Below are positions 24,351 through 37,900 of a stretch of DNA of 64,000 nt, piece by piece. The notes beneath the pieces are model-generated. The model worked only from the letters and a program-made list of their open reading frames with translations, did not search any database and had not been told where the DNA came from. The position numbers were made by a program, and so were the translations under genes. Origin of the DNA: Octopus sinensis (taxonomy: Eukaryota); the NCBI RefSeq assembly GCF_006345805.1, contig NC_043023.1, positions 1,240,001 through 1,304,000 of the forward strand, given 5' to 3'. The first letter of the stretch is position 1. Each line of letters opens with the position of its first letter.

Positions 24351-24519
24351 CGGGTACCATTTTCTTCTCTGCTTGACACTGAAAATCTTGCCCATTACGA
24401 AAACGTGCCGATCGTGAGAGAAACCCACTCTGTGAGCTTCTGGGTTTTGCCCTCGCTGGGTGAATTTGAGATTTTTCAAATGCATTGGATACATCATAGG
24501 AATCAGGGCCCGGGACATC
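24351..24519 (-). CDS. STPG2: Internal coding exon (169 nt, phase 0 to phase 1) of a sperm-tail PG-rich repeat (SHIPPO-type repeat) protein, most like STPG2
   Basis: ttccag|GAT..CCC G|gtaagt; open frame DVPGPDSYDVSNAFEKSQIHPARAKPRSSQSGFLSRSARFRNGQDFQCQAEKKMVP(G); PGP-x-Y repeat at the start, the next repeat begun at the end, and an FLS..RF motif. Gene name rests on remembered similarity, not a search. Confidence 0.7.
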
Positions 24520-24876
24520 CTGGAATTAATGGATGTATAAATGTTAGGATAGTTGTATAATAAAAATTATAAGGGTAAATGTTGTTGAGACACCCATAGG
24601 GGCAGGCGTGGCTGTGTGGTAAGAAGCTTGCTTCCCAACTACACGGTTCCAGGTTCAGTCTCACTGCCTGGCACCTTGGGCCAACCAAAGCCTTGTGAAT
24701 GGATTTAGTAGACAGAAACTAAAAGAAGTCTAATATATACATTCTGGCGTTTGCTAGATTTTCTTGAGAACATTCCTTTCTTAGTGGTAAGACGATAGCA
24801 GATCTTCTAGCATAATAGATGGCGACATACAGGTCATCCCTCTCATATGCATGTAATATATATGTATATATATATG

Positions 24877-24919
<43 letters not shown>

Positions 24920-25066
24920 ATATGTGTATATATATATATATATTGTGTGTGTGTATATATATATATATGATATATATATATATATATTATATATATATAT
25001 AAAAACATATATATGTATATAATATGTGTGTATATATATATATGTATATATATGTATATATATATA

Positions 25067-25112
<46 letters not shown>

Positions 25113-25126
25113 AGTGTCTATACACA

Positions 25127-25775
25127 CAAGGGGGTGCTGAAAACATTCTGGTTTTGGGTAATACAGGATAAATTAATTACTCTTACTCTTTTCTCTTTTA
25201 CTTGTTTCAGTCATTTTGACTGCAGCCATGTTGGAGCACCGCCTTTAGTTGAGCAAATCGACCCCGGGACTTATTCTTTGTAAGCCCAATACTTATTCTA
25301 TCGGTCTCTTTTGCTGAACAGCTAGGTAACGGGGACATAAACACATCAGCATCGGTTGTCAAGCAATGCTAGGGGGACAAACACACATATATATATACAT
25401 ATATACGACAGGCTTCTTTCAGTTTCCGTCTACCAAATCCACTTACAAGGCATTGGTCGGCCCGAGGCTATAGTAAAAGACACTTGGCCAAGGTGTGGTT
25501 GGCCCGAGGCTATAGTAGAAGACACTTGGCCAAGGTGCCACGCAGTGGGACTGAACCCGGAACCATGTGGTTGGTAAACAAGCTACTTACCACTCAGCCA
25601 CTCCTGCGCCTATTTATGATTTTGTTCAACACATTCCCCTCTCAGATTCACACAGATCATTGCAGCAGTCCGTCAGTTTTTCTAAGCCCTACAAAAGAAC
25701 TCAGAAGGCTGGGCCTCCAACCAGGCCTTTTGCAATACCCTTGAAGACAGGAATTTTCCAGCACACTTTTCTGTG
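25127..25775 (-). mobile_element. mariner-derived MITE with SINE A inserted (about 25180-25610)
   Basis: Termini GGGGGTGCTGAAAACATTCTGG / GGAATTTTCCAGCAC; minus strand GLEKLTDCCNDLC resembling the transposase C-terminus GLEKLKDRCNKCVNLRGEYVE. Confidence 0.7.
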
Positions 25776-26034
25776 TATGTGTGTATGTGTGTGTGTGTGT
25801 GTGTGTGTATTTTCATGATGATGATATGATGATCATCAATATTCTAACTTATAATAACATTCTCTTTCGTTTCATTTCATAAAAGCTGATTCGAATTACA
25901 GAAACTGTCATTCATTCATACAAACATATATACATATCTATCTACCCATCCATTCACCTATTTTTTCTGTCTGTCTATCAGCCTATCTCTCTCTCTCTCT
26001 TTCTCTACATATATATATATATATATATATATGT

Positions 26035-26440
26035 TGGTGTAGGAGTGGCTGTGTAGTATGTAGCTTGCTAATCAACCACATGGTTCCGGGTTCAGTCCCA
26101 CTGCGTGGCATCTTGGGCAAGTGTCTTCTGCTATAGCCCCGGGCCGGCCAATGCCTTGTGAGTGGATTTGGTAGACGGAAACTGAAAGAAGCCTGTCGTA
26201 TATGTATATATATATGTATGTGTGTGTATATGTTTGTGTTTGTCCCCCTAGCATTGCTTGACAACCGATGCTGGTGTGTTTATGTCCCCGTCACTTAGCG
26301 GTTCGGCAAAAGAGACCAATAGAATAAGTACTGGGCTTACAAAGAATAAGTCCCGGGGTTGATTTGTTTGACTAAAGGCGGTGCTCCAGCATGGCCACAG
26401 TCAAATGACTGAAACAAGTAAAAGAGTAAAAGAGAGTAAG
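26035..26440 (+). mobile_element. SINE family A
   Basis: Matches family consensus. Confidence 0.85.
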
Positions 26441-27049
26441 AGATACATATACATTTATATACATATAAACATCTATACACGAGTGTGTATATATATACAC
26501 ACACACATACATGCACAAACTATTTTTTTTCCATCTTCATTCCAAAACAACATCGCCACATTTCGGCATCCTCTCTCACCTTCTCACCACTTCCCACCTC
26601 TCATTTTCTCTCTCTCGCAAATCCTTCCTCCCCACCAATGGAACACCCCTCCACCCTGTCCCATCTCACTCCCACTGAAATGAACAGGACACTGACTCTC
26701 TTCTTCCTCTTCCACAGAAAGCAATACCGATATAAAAAAAAAACGAGATAGATTTTCATTTAATATTTATTAGTTTGTCAAACTTAACAAACCTACACAA
26801 CCAACTTACAACGGCCGACCCTATGACGACCATCACCTCTCAATATATATTTATTCTTTTGATATCAACCCTGCAATTTAATATTCATGATATATTAATT
26901 AAATATCTGCATATTTATAACATATTTACACATAACGAATGCTTCTTGTTGCTGTTGTTGTTGTTGTTGTTGTTGTGGTTGGCATATTCTTCCTCTTGTC
27001 AGGTTCTGTGTCTTAAACATTTCCTTGTGTTTGGGCTTATGGTCGTTGT

Positions 27050-28040
27050 GGTGGTAGTGGTGGTGGTGGTTGCGCTTGTGGTTACAGAAGCGTGGTGGTA
27101 GTGGTGGTGGTAGTGTTGCTGGTAGTGCGCTGGGTCATTGCGTTATTGATGCTAACAATGGTTGTGGTGGTTGTGATGGTGGTAGTGTTGGTGGTTGTAT
27201 GGGTGGTTGTGTTTGTGGTTACAGCAGTGTGGTAGTGGTGCTGGTAGTGCGGTGGGTCATTATGTTATTGATGCTAACAATGGTAGTGTTGGTGGTAGTG
27301 GCGGTGGTAGTGGTGGTAGTGATGGTGGTTGTATCGGTGGTTGTGTTTGTGGTTACAGCAGCGTGGTGGTGGTAGTGGTAGTGTGGCTGGTAGTGCAGTG
27401 GGTCATTGTGTTATTGATGCTAACAATGGTAGTGTTGGTGGTAGTGGTGGTAGTGTTGATGGTTGTGATGGTGGTTGTATGGGTGGTGGTGTTTGTGGTT
27501 ACAGTAGCGTGGTGGTAGTGGTGGTAGTGTTGGTGGTTGTGGCAGTAGTGTTGATGATTGTGACGGTGGTAGTGTTGGTGATTGTATGGGTGGTTGTGTT
27601 CATGGTTACAGCAGCGTGGTGGTGGTAGTGTTGATGGTTGTGATGGTGGTAGTGTTGGTGGTAGTGGTGGTGGTAGTGGTGGTAGTGTTGGTGGTTGTAT
27701 GGGTGGTGGTGTTTGTGGTTACAGTAGCGTGGTGGTAGTGGTGTTCTTTCTGATGTTACTGGTGGTGAGTTGCGATGGTTGTGGTGGTGATGGTAGTGAT
27801 TGCAATGGTGGTGGTTGTGCTCATGGTTTCAGTGGTGGTGGTGGTGGTGGTGATGGTGATGGTAGTGGTAGTGTTTGTGTTTATGGTTATGATAGTGGTC
27901 GTAGTGTAGACAGGTGGTTGTGGTGATGGCGGTCATGATGACAGTAGTGGTGGTGGTGGCATATGTGGTTAAGGTAGTGGTGTTGACAGTGATGGTGTGG
28001 TAGGTGATTGTACTACTGATGGTGGTGATGATGATGATGG
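27050..28040. repeat. (GGT/AGT) tract with ~110-145-bp higher-order units
   Basis: GGTTACAG(C/T)AG and GGTCATTG.GTTATTGATGCTAACAATGG recur about every 130 bp. Confidence 0.85.
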
Positions 28041-28183
28041 TTGTGTTTGTGCAGAAATGGTGTCTGTTTCTTAGCAACAATGTAGGCATCCATAACAACA
28101 CTGGTTTAATATCACTTCGTTGATCAGCATTAGTTCACAAGTTTACCTTTTAACTAGCTTGAAACATGTGTCCTGGCTCCACG

Positions 28184-29768
28184 TTAAAATCACCTGTGCA
28201 GGTGCCAAGTAAAAGGAACCTGGGCTGGTCTCATGTTAAAAACACCTGTGCAGGTACCACATAAAAAGAACCTGTGCTGGTTTTACATTAAAATCATCTG
28301 TGCAGGTGCCATGTAAAAGGAACCTGGGCTGGTGTCATGTTAAAAACACCTGTGCAGGTGAAACATAATGGAGCCTGTGCTGATGTTACATTAAAATCAC
28401 CTGCGCAGGTGCCAAGGAAAAGGAACCTGTGCTGGTGTCATGTTAAAAGCACCTGTGCAGGTGAAACATAAAAGGAACCTGGGCTGGTGTTACATTAAAA
28501 TCACCTGTACAGGTGCCACATAAAAGGAGCCTGTGCTGGTGTTACATTAAAATCACCTGTTCACGTGCCAAGTAAAAGGAACCTGGACTGGTGTCATGTT
28601 AAAAGCACCTGTGCAGGTACCACATAAAAGGAGCCTGTGCTGGTGTTACATTAAAATCACCTGTTCACGTGCCAAGTAAAAGGAACCTGGGCTGGTGTCA
28701 TGTTAAAAGCACCTGTGCAGGTGTCACATAAAATGAGCCTGGGCTGGTGTTACATTAAAATCACCTGTGCAGGTGCTAGGTAAAAGGAGCCTGTGCTGGT
28801 GTTACATTAAAATCACCTGTTCATGTGCCAAGTAAAAGGAACCTGGGCTGGTGTCATGTTAAAAGCACCTGTGCAGGTACCACATAAAAGGAACATGTAC
28901 TGGTGTTACATTAAAATCACCTGTGCAGGTGCTAGGTAAAAGGAGCCTGTGCTGGTGTTACATTAAAATCACCTGTTCATGTGCCAAGTAAAAGGAACCT
29001 GGGCTGGTGTCATGTTAAAAGCACCTGTGCAGGTACCACATAAAAGGAACATGTACTGGTGTTACATTAAAATCACCTGTGCAGGTGCTAGGTAAAAGGA
29101 GCCTGTGCTGGTGTTACATTAAAATCACCTGTTCATGTGCCAAGTAAAAGGAACCTGGGCTGGTGTCATGTTAAAAGCACCTGTGCAGGTACCACATAAA
29201 AGGAGCCTGTGCTGATGTTACATTAAAATCACCTGTTCATGTGCCAAGTAAAAGGAACCTGGGCTGGTGTCATGTTAAAAGCACCTGTGCAGGTACCACA
29301 TAAAAGGAACATGTACTGGTGTTACATTAAAATCACCTGTGCAGGTGCTAGGTAAAAGGAGCCTGTGCTGGTGTTACATTAAAATCACCTGTTCATGTGC
29401 CAAGTAAAAGGAACCTGGGCTGGTGTCATGTTAAAAGCACCTGTGCAGGTACCACATAAAAGGAGCCTGTGCTGGTGTTACATTAAAATCACCTGTTCAT
29501 GTGCCAAGTAAAAGGAACCTGGGCTGGTGTCATGTTAAAAGCGCCTGTGCAGGTACCACATAAAAGGAGCCTGTGCTGGTGTTACATTAAAATCACCTGT
29601 GCAGGTGCCAAGTATAAGGAACCTGGGCTGGTGTTACATTAAAATCACCTGTGAAGGTGTCACATAAAAGGAACCTGTACTGGTGTTACATTAAAATCAC
29701 CTGTTCATGTGCCATGTAAAAGGAACCTGTGCTGGTGTCATGCTAAAAGCACCTGTGCAGGTACCACA
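28184..29768. repeat. 26-bp satellite (about 61 monomers) with 52/104/156-bp higher-order repeats
   Basis: Monomers such as TTAAAATCACCTGTGCAGGTGCCAAG and TAAAAGGAACCTGGGCTGGTGTCATG alternate in fixed 4- and 6-monomer cycles. Confidence 0.95.
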
Positions 29769-29769
29769 C

Positions 29770-29997
29770 ACAAAAAAAAAACAATGGTGCTGATGCTGCA
29801 CAAAAGAATTGGTGCTGGTGCCATGCAAAAAGCATGCAGCACCCTCTGTCAAGTGGTTGGCATTAGGAAGGCATCCAGCTGTGGAAACCATTCCAAATCA
29901 GACAGTTTGAGGCTGGTGTTGGTTTCCAACTTGCCAGCCCTTGTCAAACCGTCCAACCCATGCCAGCATGGAAGAAGGACGTTAAATGATGGTGATG
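29770..29997 (+). mobile_element. Family D tail continuous with the satellite
   Basis: GTGGTTGGCATTAGGAAGGCATCCAGCTG..CCAACCCATGCCAGCATGGAA..GACGTTAAATGATG. Confidence 0.8.
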
Positions 29998-30668
29998 ACT
30001 GTTTTGGTTAGTCATTTGGTCAATCGGTCAAGATACAAACTGATCTGCAATGGTAAGAGTATGTAATTGATGGAAACCATAAATAGTGGCGAAAGGAAAC
30101 TGGGGAACCCAGCAGATGTCACTGTTACGCAAATGAGGTCATACATCACCAAGACATGTCCAGCCATTAAGCTGCCCGGTTTTTAAAGGACAGGGGGTGG
30201 AATATTACTTGCTTGCAAATATATAGGGGTCGGCATGAGAAGGGTATTTGGCCATAGAAAAATTGCCTGCAATATTATCTCATCTGACCCATCATATGCA
30301 TGGAAAAGTGTATCATGCAATGGGGGGTGATGATGAAAGCAATGATGGTGATGGTGATGATGTCAATGATGAGAAAAGATATTAATGACAATGATGATGA
30401 TGATGATGAAAGATGATGGTCATGATGATGGTGACGATGGTAGAGGTGGTGGTGGTGCTGACGATGTTGATGGCAATGATGATGATGACAGTGACAATGA
30501 AAGGGATGATGATGATGATGATGATGAATGGAATGACAATGATGATGATGGTAGTGGTAGTTGTGGTGCTGATGATGATGAAGAAGATTATGATGTTGAC
30601 AAGAATGATTATGACGACCAGAGTATATACTATATCCCACTCAATAACAAAAAGCATATGTGTGTATA

Positions 30669-30704
<36 letters not shown>

Positions 30705-30817
30705 TTTAAAAAGGAGAGAAATAAGACAGATGTACATAAACACTATATAATACATTCTCACAGACACACATGTGTATATAAATACATAAACACACATTAT
30801 ATATATATACACATACA

Positions 30818-30856
<39 letters not shown>

Positions 30857-32670
30857 CATACACACACAGTATATATATATATAATATATATATATATATA
30901 TACATACATACACACACAGTATATATATATATATATATATACACATATAGTATATATATACACATTCAGTGTGTGTATATATATATACATACACATACAG
31001 TATATATAAATATATATATATATATATACACACACAAAACTACAATATATATATATATATATATGTGTGTATATATATATACACACACAAAAAGCTACAA
31101 TATGGAGAACACAGAACATATAAACAAAGGAAATCTCACATATCCATTACGACAAAAGAATATATATAAGGGGTGATGAGCAAGGTTGGGAGGTGGAGTG
31201 TGCATGTGTGAGGGTGTATGTGAGGGTTGTGGAAAAGATGAAGGGCGGTCACATGACACATTTAATTCACACCACCACCACCACACCATGGCAAACACTA
31301 CACTGATTCTCACGGGTGGTGGGGAGACAACTGTGAAAACTTTCTACATTAACATTGCCATAAACACATACATCTACACACACACACAAAAGAGATGGCT
31401 TAAAAATATACACACATATATAAAACGTGTGTGTGTGTATATGAATGTTTTATCTGTTACTTGTTTCAGTCATTAGACTGTGGCCATGCTGGGGCACTTC
31501 CTTGAAGAATTTTAGTCAATCGGATCGACACCAGTACTTATTCTTTTCTACTCGAGGCGCAAGGGCCAAAATTTTTGGGGAGGGAGCCAACCAATTAGAC
31601 TGACCCCAGTATGACACTGGTACTTAATTCATTGATCCTGAAAGGATGAAAGGCAAAGTCAACCTTGGTGGAATTTGAACTCAGAACGTAGCGGCAGGTA
31701 AAGTACCTATTTCTTTACTACCCCCAAGGGGCTAAACACAGAGGGAACAAACAAGGACAGACAAAGGGATTAAGTAGATTATATCGACCCCAGTGCGTAA
31801 CTGGTACTTATTTAATCAACCCCGAAAGGATGAAAGGCAAAGACGACCTCAGCTGAATTTGAACTCAGAACGTAAAGACAGACAAAATACCACTAAGCAT
31901 TTCACCTGGCATGCTAACGATCCTGCCAGCTCACTGCCTCAGAAGTAACAGTACATATTCTATAAGCCTAGTACTTATTCTATTGATCTCTATTGACAAA
32001 CTGCTATGTTATGGGGACATAAACACATTAACACCGGTTGTAAAACAGTGGTGGGGTATGCGTAATCGCACGCACGCATACACACATATGATAGGCGTTG
32101 TTCAGCTTCCATCTACCAAGTCGACTCACAAAGATTTGATCAGCCTAAGGGTATAGCAAAACATTTGCTCAAGGTGCCATACAGTGGGACTGAACCTGGA
32201 ACCACGTGGTCGGGAAGCAAACATCTTACCAAACAGTTATGCCTTGAGCTGTGGCCATGCTGGGACACTGCCTTGAAATATATATACCCCTTCAGTTATG
32301 AATGACCATGGGATTGCACCTAGAAAATTTCCCACCAAGGCACAAGTCTGGGCAAGGTTGCGTATGGAAACCAGCAGTCACCCATGCATACCAGCCTCCC
32401 TCTTCATGCCACTGATGTTATCCAAGACAAAGGGAAAGGGGTCAATACAGCTTGGCACCTGTGACACCACAACTCATTCTTACAGCTGAGTGAAGTGGAG
32501 CAATGTGAAATAAAGTGTCTTGTTCAAGAACACAACACACAGCCCAATCCAGGAATCAAACTCACTACCTCAAGATTGTGAGCCCAACACTTTAACCAGT
32601 GAGCCATGTGCCTTCACACACACACACATATGCACATAGAGATGGCACAAGTGTGTGTATCTGTGGAGGT

Positions 32671-32689
<19 letters not shown>

Positions 32690-32713
<24 letters not shown>

Positions 32714-33450
32714 AATAAAATAGAACATATGCATATATATAAACATATATGTACGTACCTACCTCTACATGTACATATACAGGCATATATGTGTACAGGA
32801 CACCAAAAAGACGTCGAACACATAGAGAGACGAAAAACATAGACACAAACCAAGGAAGAAGACAAGCAAAAAAAGAGATACAGGACAATAAGCACAACGA
32901 AAAATCCCCTTCTTCAGTCGCTAAGGTTTCATCTACTAAACGTTTCGAAGGATAAAAGCGAGACGTATACTTCGAAGAAAACTTCCTTCCTGCGAAAAGC
33001 AAATCAATTAAAATTCTGAGATCTTTTTGCAGAGGGGTAAAAAAAGCAAGACGGTAACGACAGTACAAACATATAAACAGTAAAAAATATATATATAAAC
33101 AGTGGAAAAATATATATATAACAGTGAGAGACAGGACAAGGAGAACAAGATAAGAAGGGCTGTTAACGCCAGACGAAAAAAGTATTGCAAACGCTAGATT
33201 ATAGTGGACGACGAGAGAGAAAGAATGTCGACCAGTAGCCTTAGAAGGCGGGCGAGAAAAGACAGGATAGCAGTTACGACGGAAGTATCATCGCAGATGG
33301 ACGACGGGAATGGGGGAGGAGGAGCAAGAGGAAGAGAGAGAAGAAGGGGAATGGTGCGAGGAGACCATGAAGAACGGTGAGGGGGAGAGAGAGAGGAAGA
33401 GACAAGTTAAGTGAGGGAAAAAAGACGAAAAAGGGAATGGGAGAGAATAT
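32690..33450 (-). mobile_element. Unclassified interspersed repeat (family F); second copy in opposite orientation at 54455-55040
   Basis: Shared blocks such as CCTTCGAAACGT..GTAGATGAAACC..GCGACTGAAGAAGGGGATTTT and GTTAACAGCCCTTCTT. Confidence 0.8.
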
Positions 33451-33489
33451 ATATATGTTGTAGTTTGTGTATATATATATATACTATTT

Positions 33490-33885
33490 ACTATTTTACT
33501 TGTTTCAGTCATTTGACGGCGGCCATGCTGGAGCACCACCTTTAATCGAGCAACTCGACCCCGGGACTTATTCTTTTGTAAGCCCAGTACTTATTCTATC
33601 GGTCTCTTTTGCCGAACTGCTAAGTAACAGGGACATAAACACACCAGCATCGGTTGTCAAGCAATGCTAGGGGGACAAACACAGACACACAAATACACAC
33701 ACACATATATATACATATATACGACGGGCTTCTTTCAGTTTCTGTCTACCAAATCCACTCACAAGGCATTGGTCGGCCTGGGGCTATAGCAGAAGACACT
33801 TGCCCAAGATGCCACGCAGTGGGACTGAACCCAGAACCATGTGGTTGGTTAGCAAGCTACTTACCACACAGTCACTCCTGCGCCT
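33490..33885 (-). mobile_element. SINE family A
   Basis: Matches family consensus. Confidence 0.85.
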
Positions 33886-34344
33886 ATACGTATATATATA
33901 TTGTAGTTTATGTATGTATGTATATATATATATATATATATATTTATCAAAATCAAAATCGCTGATGTGGCAGATGACAGCACAGCCTGAGTGGCACTCA
34001 TGTCAGGGGAACATAAAAAGCACCATCTGTGTGTGATCATTGCCAGGGCTGCTGATTGTCTACTGTGCCAGTGGCATATAAAAAGCACCATTCGAGCGTG
34101 GTTGTTGTCAGTGCCACTGGACTGGCTCCCATGCAAGTAGCACGTAAAAAACACTTTTTGAGCATAGTTGTTGCCAGACCTGCCTGACTGGCACTTGTGC
34201 TGGTGGCATTAGGAAGGGCATCCAGCTGTAGAGACTTTGCCAGATCAAACCGGAGACTGGTGCAGCCATTTGGCTCACCAGTCCTCAGTCAAATCATCCA
34301 ACCCATGCCAGCATGGAAAGCAGACATTAAAAGATGATGATGAT

Positions 34345-34378
<34 letters not shown>

Positions 34379-35489
34379 AATATATATATATACATACATA
34401 TATACACATACACTCACATACAGCATATACACATGTATTCTTTGACACATATAAACACACATGGATACTATGTATTCAACCTCTTTTCTCCAGACCCATC
34501 TAATACAAAGAAAAAATATTTAACAAAATAAACAAAATAACCCCCCCCACACACACACACACACACACACACACCATTCTTGTTTATTGTAAGAAAGGAA
34601 CAAGAGTTTTTGTTTGAGAGAGAGAGCAATGGGGGGTGGGGTGTCGGGGCTCACCGTAAAAGGGCCCACTGCCCGACCTTTGATCTATATATTAGACAAG
34701 ACAGAACACATGACCTGCTGTTTTAAGAGTGGCACTTCCAAACATGACCACCACCATCGCCACCTTCCGAGTTGATCTATGCCACACAATGAGATGTGCC
34801 ACATGTTTCGGTATAGTTGCCAATGAGAAGGAATGTGTGTGTGTGTGTGTGTGAGAATGTGTGTGTGCATGTGTGCATGTATATACATATATGTATATAC
34901 ACACACATATACATGCACACCTATATATACACAGGTACACACACATACACAAATATACATACATACACACATATATATACATACATATGCAAACATATAC
35001 TCATGGGTATAGAAAATGCATACACGGCTTTGTGTGTGTGTATATTACGTGTGTATACAATACATGTATGTATAAGATGTGTGTTTATAATATATATAGC
35101 CGTGTGTGTGTGTGTGTGTGTGTGTTTATTTAGACACAAATCTGTATTTAAAACATGTATATAAAATAACATACATGTACATATATATCTATATACACAC
35201 ACTCATACATACATGCACACACGTCCACACACATATCCCTACACACACCAGATGTCCATTTTCACTGCCATTTCAGTTCTAATTTAGAAAATTGTTAACA
35301 CAGCTGTGTGTCATCTGTCACATCTGGACTGTCTCTCTCTCCACCCCCTATCTCTCTCTTCTTAGCTCTCTACTTCATCTCTCCCCATCTCTATTGCCCT
35401 CCGTCTCTCTCTTTGTCTCTACATCTCTAGCTCTCTATGTATACATCACTCCTTGTTTACCTGCTCAATATATATATATATATATATAT

Positions 35490-35870
35490 CTCTTTTACTT
35501 GTTTCAGTCTTTTGACTGTGGCCATGCCGGAGCACCGCCTTTAGTTGAGCAAATCAACCCCAGGACTTATTCTTTGGAAGCCTAGTACTTATTCTGTAGG
35601 TCTCTTTTGCCAAACTGCTAAGTTATGGAGGCGTAAACACACCAGCATCGATTGTCAAACGATGTTGGAGGAGACAAACACAGACACACAAACATATACA
35701 CACACATACATATATATATATATATACATACGATGGGCTTCTTTCAGTTTCTGTCTACCAAATTCACTCACAAAGATTTGGTCGGCCCGAGGCTATAGTA
35801 GAAGACACTTGCCCAAGGTGCCACACAGTGGGACTGAACCCAGAACCATGTGGTTGGTAAACAAGCTTCT
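35490..35870 (-). mobile_element. SINE family A
   Basis: Matches family consensus. Confidence 0.85.
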
Positions 35871-36435
35871 TATTTATTTATTGCCTACAAGGGGTTAAAC
35901 ATAGAGGGGACAAACAAGGAGAGACAAAGGGATTAAGTTGATTACATCGACCCCAGTGAACAACTGGTACTTAATTTATCGACCCCCGAAAGAATGAAAA
36001 GCAAAGTTGACCTCGGCGGAATTTGAACTCAGAACGTAACGGCAGACGAAATACCACTAAACATTTCGCCCGGCATGCTAATGTTTCTGACAGCTCAGCA
36101 CCTTAAGCAAGATTCTTACCACACAGCCATGCTTGCACCTTTATGTGTAAAATGATATCATCAAAAAAATAAATCAGGAAAACCAACGAAAGTCAAGAGG
36201 ATTTACACAGTGACTGTATTAGATCGACACTCAGGGAAAGCTTAAAGATGGAAAAAGAATAAAAAAAATGGGGGTGTAATGCTCTGAGCATGGCCCTTCA
36301 TCAGAAACAGGAAATGTCCAAAGAGAAGGGAAAGAATAATGTGAGAAAAGCCGTGTGTGTCATTACATGGCTGAAAAATGACTGACCAGAAGTGGAAAGA
36401 GATAGGAAACTGCTTGTTGGTATTTATATATATAT

Positions 36436-36473
<38 letters not shown>

Positions 36474-36880
36474 CAGCAGGAGTGGCTGTGTGGTAAGTAG
36501 CTTGCTAACCAACCACATGGTTCCGGGTTCAGTCCCACTGCATGGCAAGTGTCTTCTGCTATAGCCTCGGGCCGACCAAAGCCTTGTGAGTGGATTTGGT
36601 AGACGGAAACTGAAAGAAGCCCGTTGTATATATGTATATATATATTATGTGTGTGTATATGTTTGTGTGTCTGTGTTTGTCCCTCTAGCATTGCTTGACA
36701 ACCGATGCTGGTGTGTTTACATCCCCGTCACTTAGCAGTTCGGCAAAAGAGACCGATAGAATAAGTACTGGGCTTACAAAGAATAAGTCCCGGGGTCGAT
36801 TTGCTTGACTAAAGGCGGTGCTCCAGCATGGCCGCAGTCAAATGACTGAAACAAGTAAAAGAGTAAAAGAGTAAAAGATA
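36474..36880 (+). mobile_element. SINE family A (a second, diverged copy follows at 36905-37345)
   Basis: Matches family consensus. Confidence 0.85.
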
Positions 36881-37814
36881 TATGATGAGCTTCATATATA
36901 CATATAGGAACAGGTGTGGCTTTGTGATAAGAAGTTTGCTTCCCAACTATATGGTTCCAGGTTCAATCCCACTGTGTGGCACCTCTGGCAAGTGTCTTCT
37001 CCTATAGCCTCGAGCTGACCAAAGCTTAGAGGCCAACCAAAGGGGTTGACCAAAGCCTTGTGAGTGCATTTGGTAAATGGAAACCGAAAGAAGTCCATCG
37101 TATGTATATATGTATATATCTATGTGTGTGTGTGTGTCTTTATTTGTCCACACCCACCATCAATGCTTGACAACCAGTGTTGGTGTGTTTACATCCTCGT
37201 AAATTAGCAGTTCAGCAAAAGAGACTGACAGAATAAGTACTAGGCTTGCAAAATAAGCTTTGAGGTCGATTTCTTTGACTAAAACCCCTCAAGGCAGTGC
37301 TCCAGCATGGCTGCAACCAAACAAGTAATATGTGTAAAAGATTAAAAGAATATGTGCATGTATGTATGTATGTATGTATGTGTATATGTATGTATGTACC
37401 TACTTGAACTATTATCTCCCCCCCCCCACACACACACATATAGAATGCAATCAATCTTATAGGAGGTATAATTAACTATCAATGCAACCCTAATGAATAT
37501 AAATTCATTAGTGTTAATGAAAGTGTATTTCCAGAATGGACACGGGATTTTTTCAACCGGAAAGTAATTTTTTTAGGAGATATTATGTCGGGAAAGAAGA
37601 ATAAAGCTGATCTCATATGTGTGTATATATGTGTGTATATATGTACATAGCTCTCTCTCTATATATATTATATATATATATTGATATATACACACATACA
37701 TATATGTGTATAGAGGCTGTTAGGACTAAGTCTGGCCATTTGCATGAAAGGAGAAGAAAACATAATATCTCTTCCAAAAATAATAGTATTTTGAAAAAAA
37801 TCAAAAAAATTTCA

Positions 37815-37900
37815 ACCATGGGTATATGGTGTAGTGGTTAAAAGCACGGGCTACTAACTCCAAGACTATGAGTTCGATTCCAGGCAGTGACCTGAATAAA
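37815..37900 (+). mobile_element. tRNA-like head of a truncated repeat
   Basis: GGTGTAGTGGTTAAAAGCACGGGCTACTAAC..GAGTTCGATTCCAGG (A- and B-box-like). Confidence 0.6.

Noticed and set aside
24285-24518. ORF-track peptide MSRALIPMMYP..
   Set aside because: Wrong frame of the real exon; the splice-consistent frame gives the PGP-repeat peptide
26810-26870. Minus-strand ttgcag..gtaagt candidate exon
   Set aside because: Stops in all three frames
28184-29768. Regular short-repeat array as a CRISPR
   Set aside because: No unique spacers, all sequence is monomer variants, no cas genes, eukaryotic context
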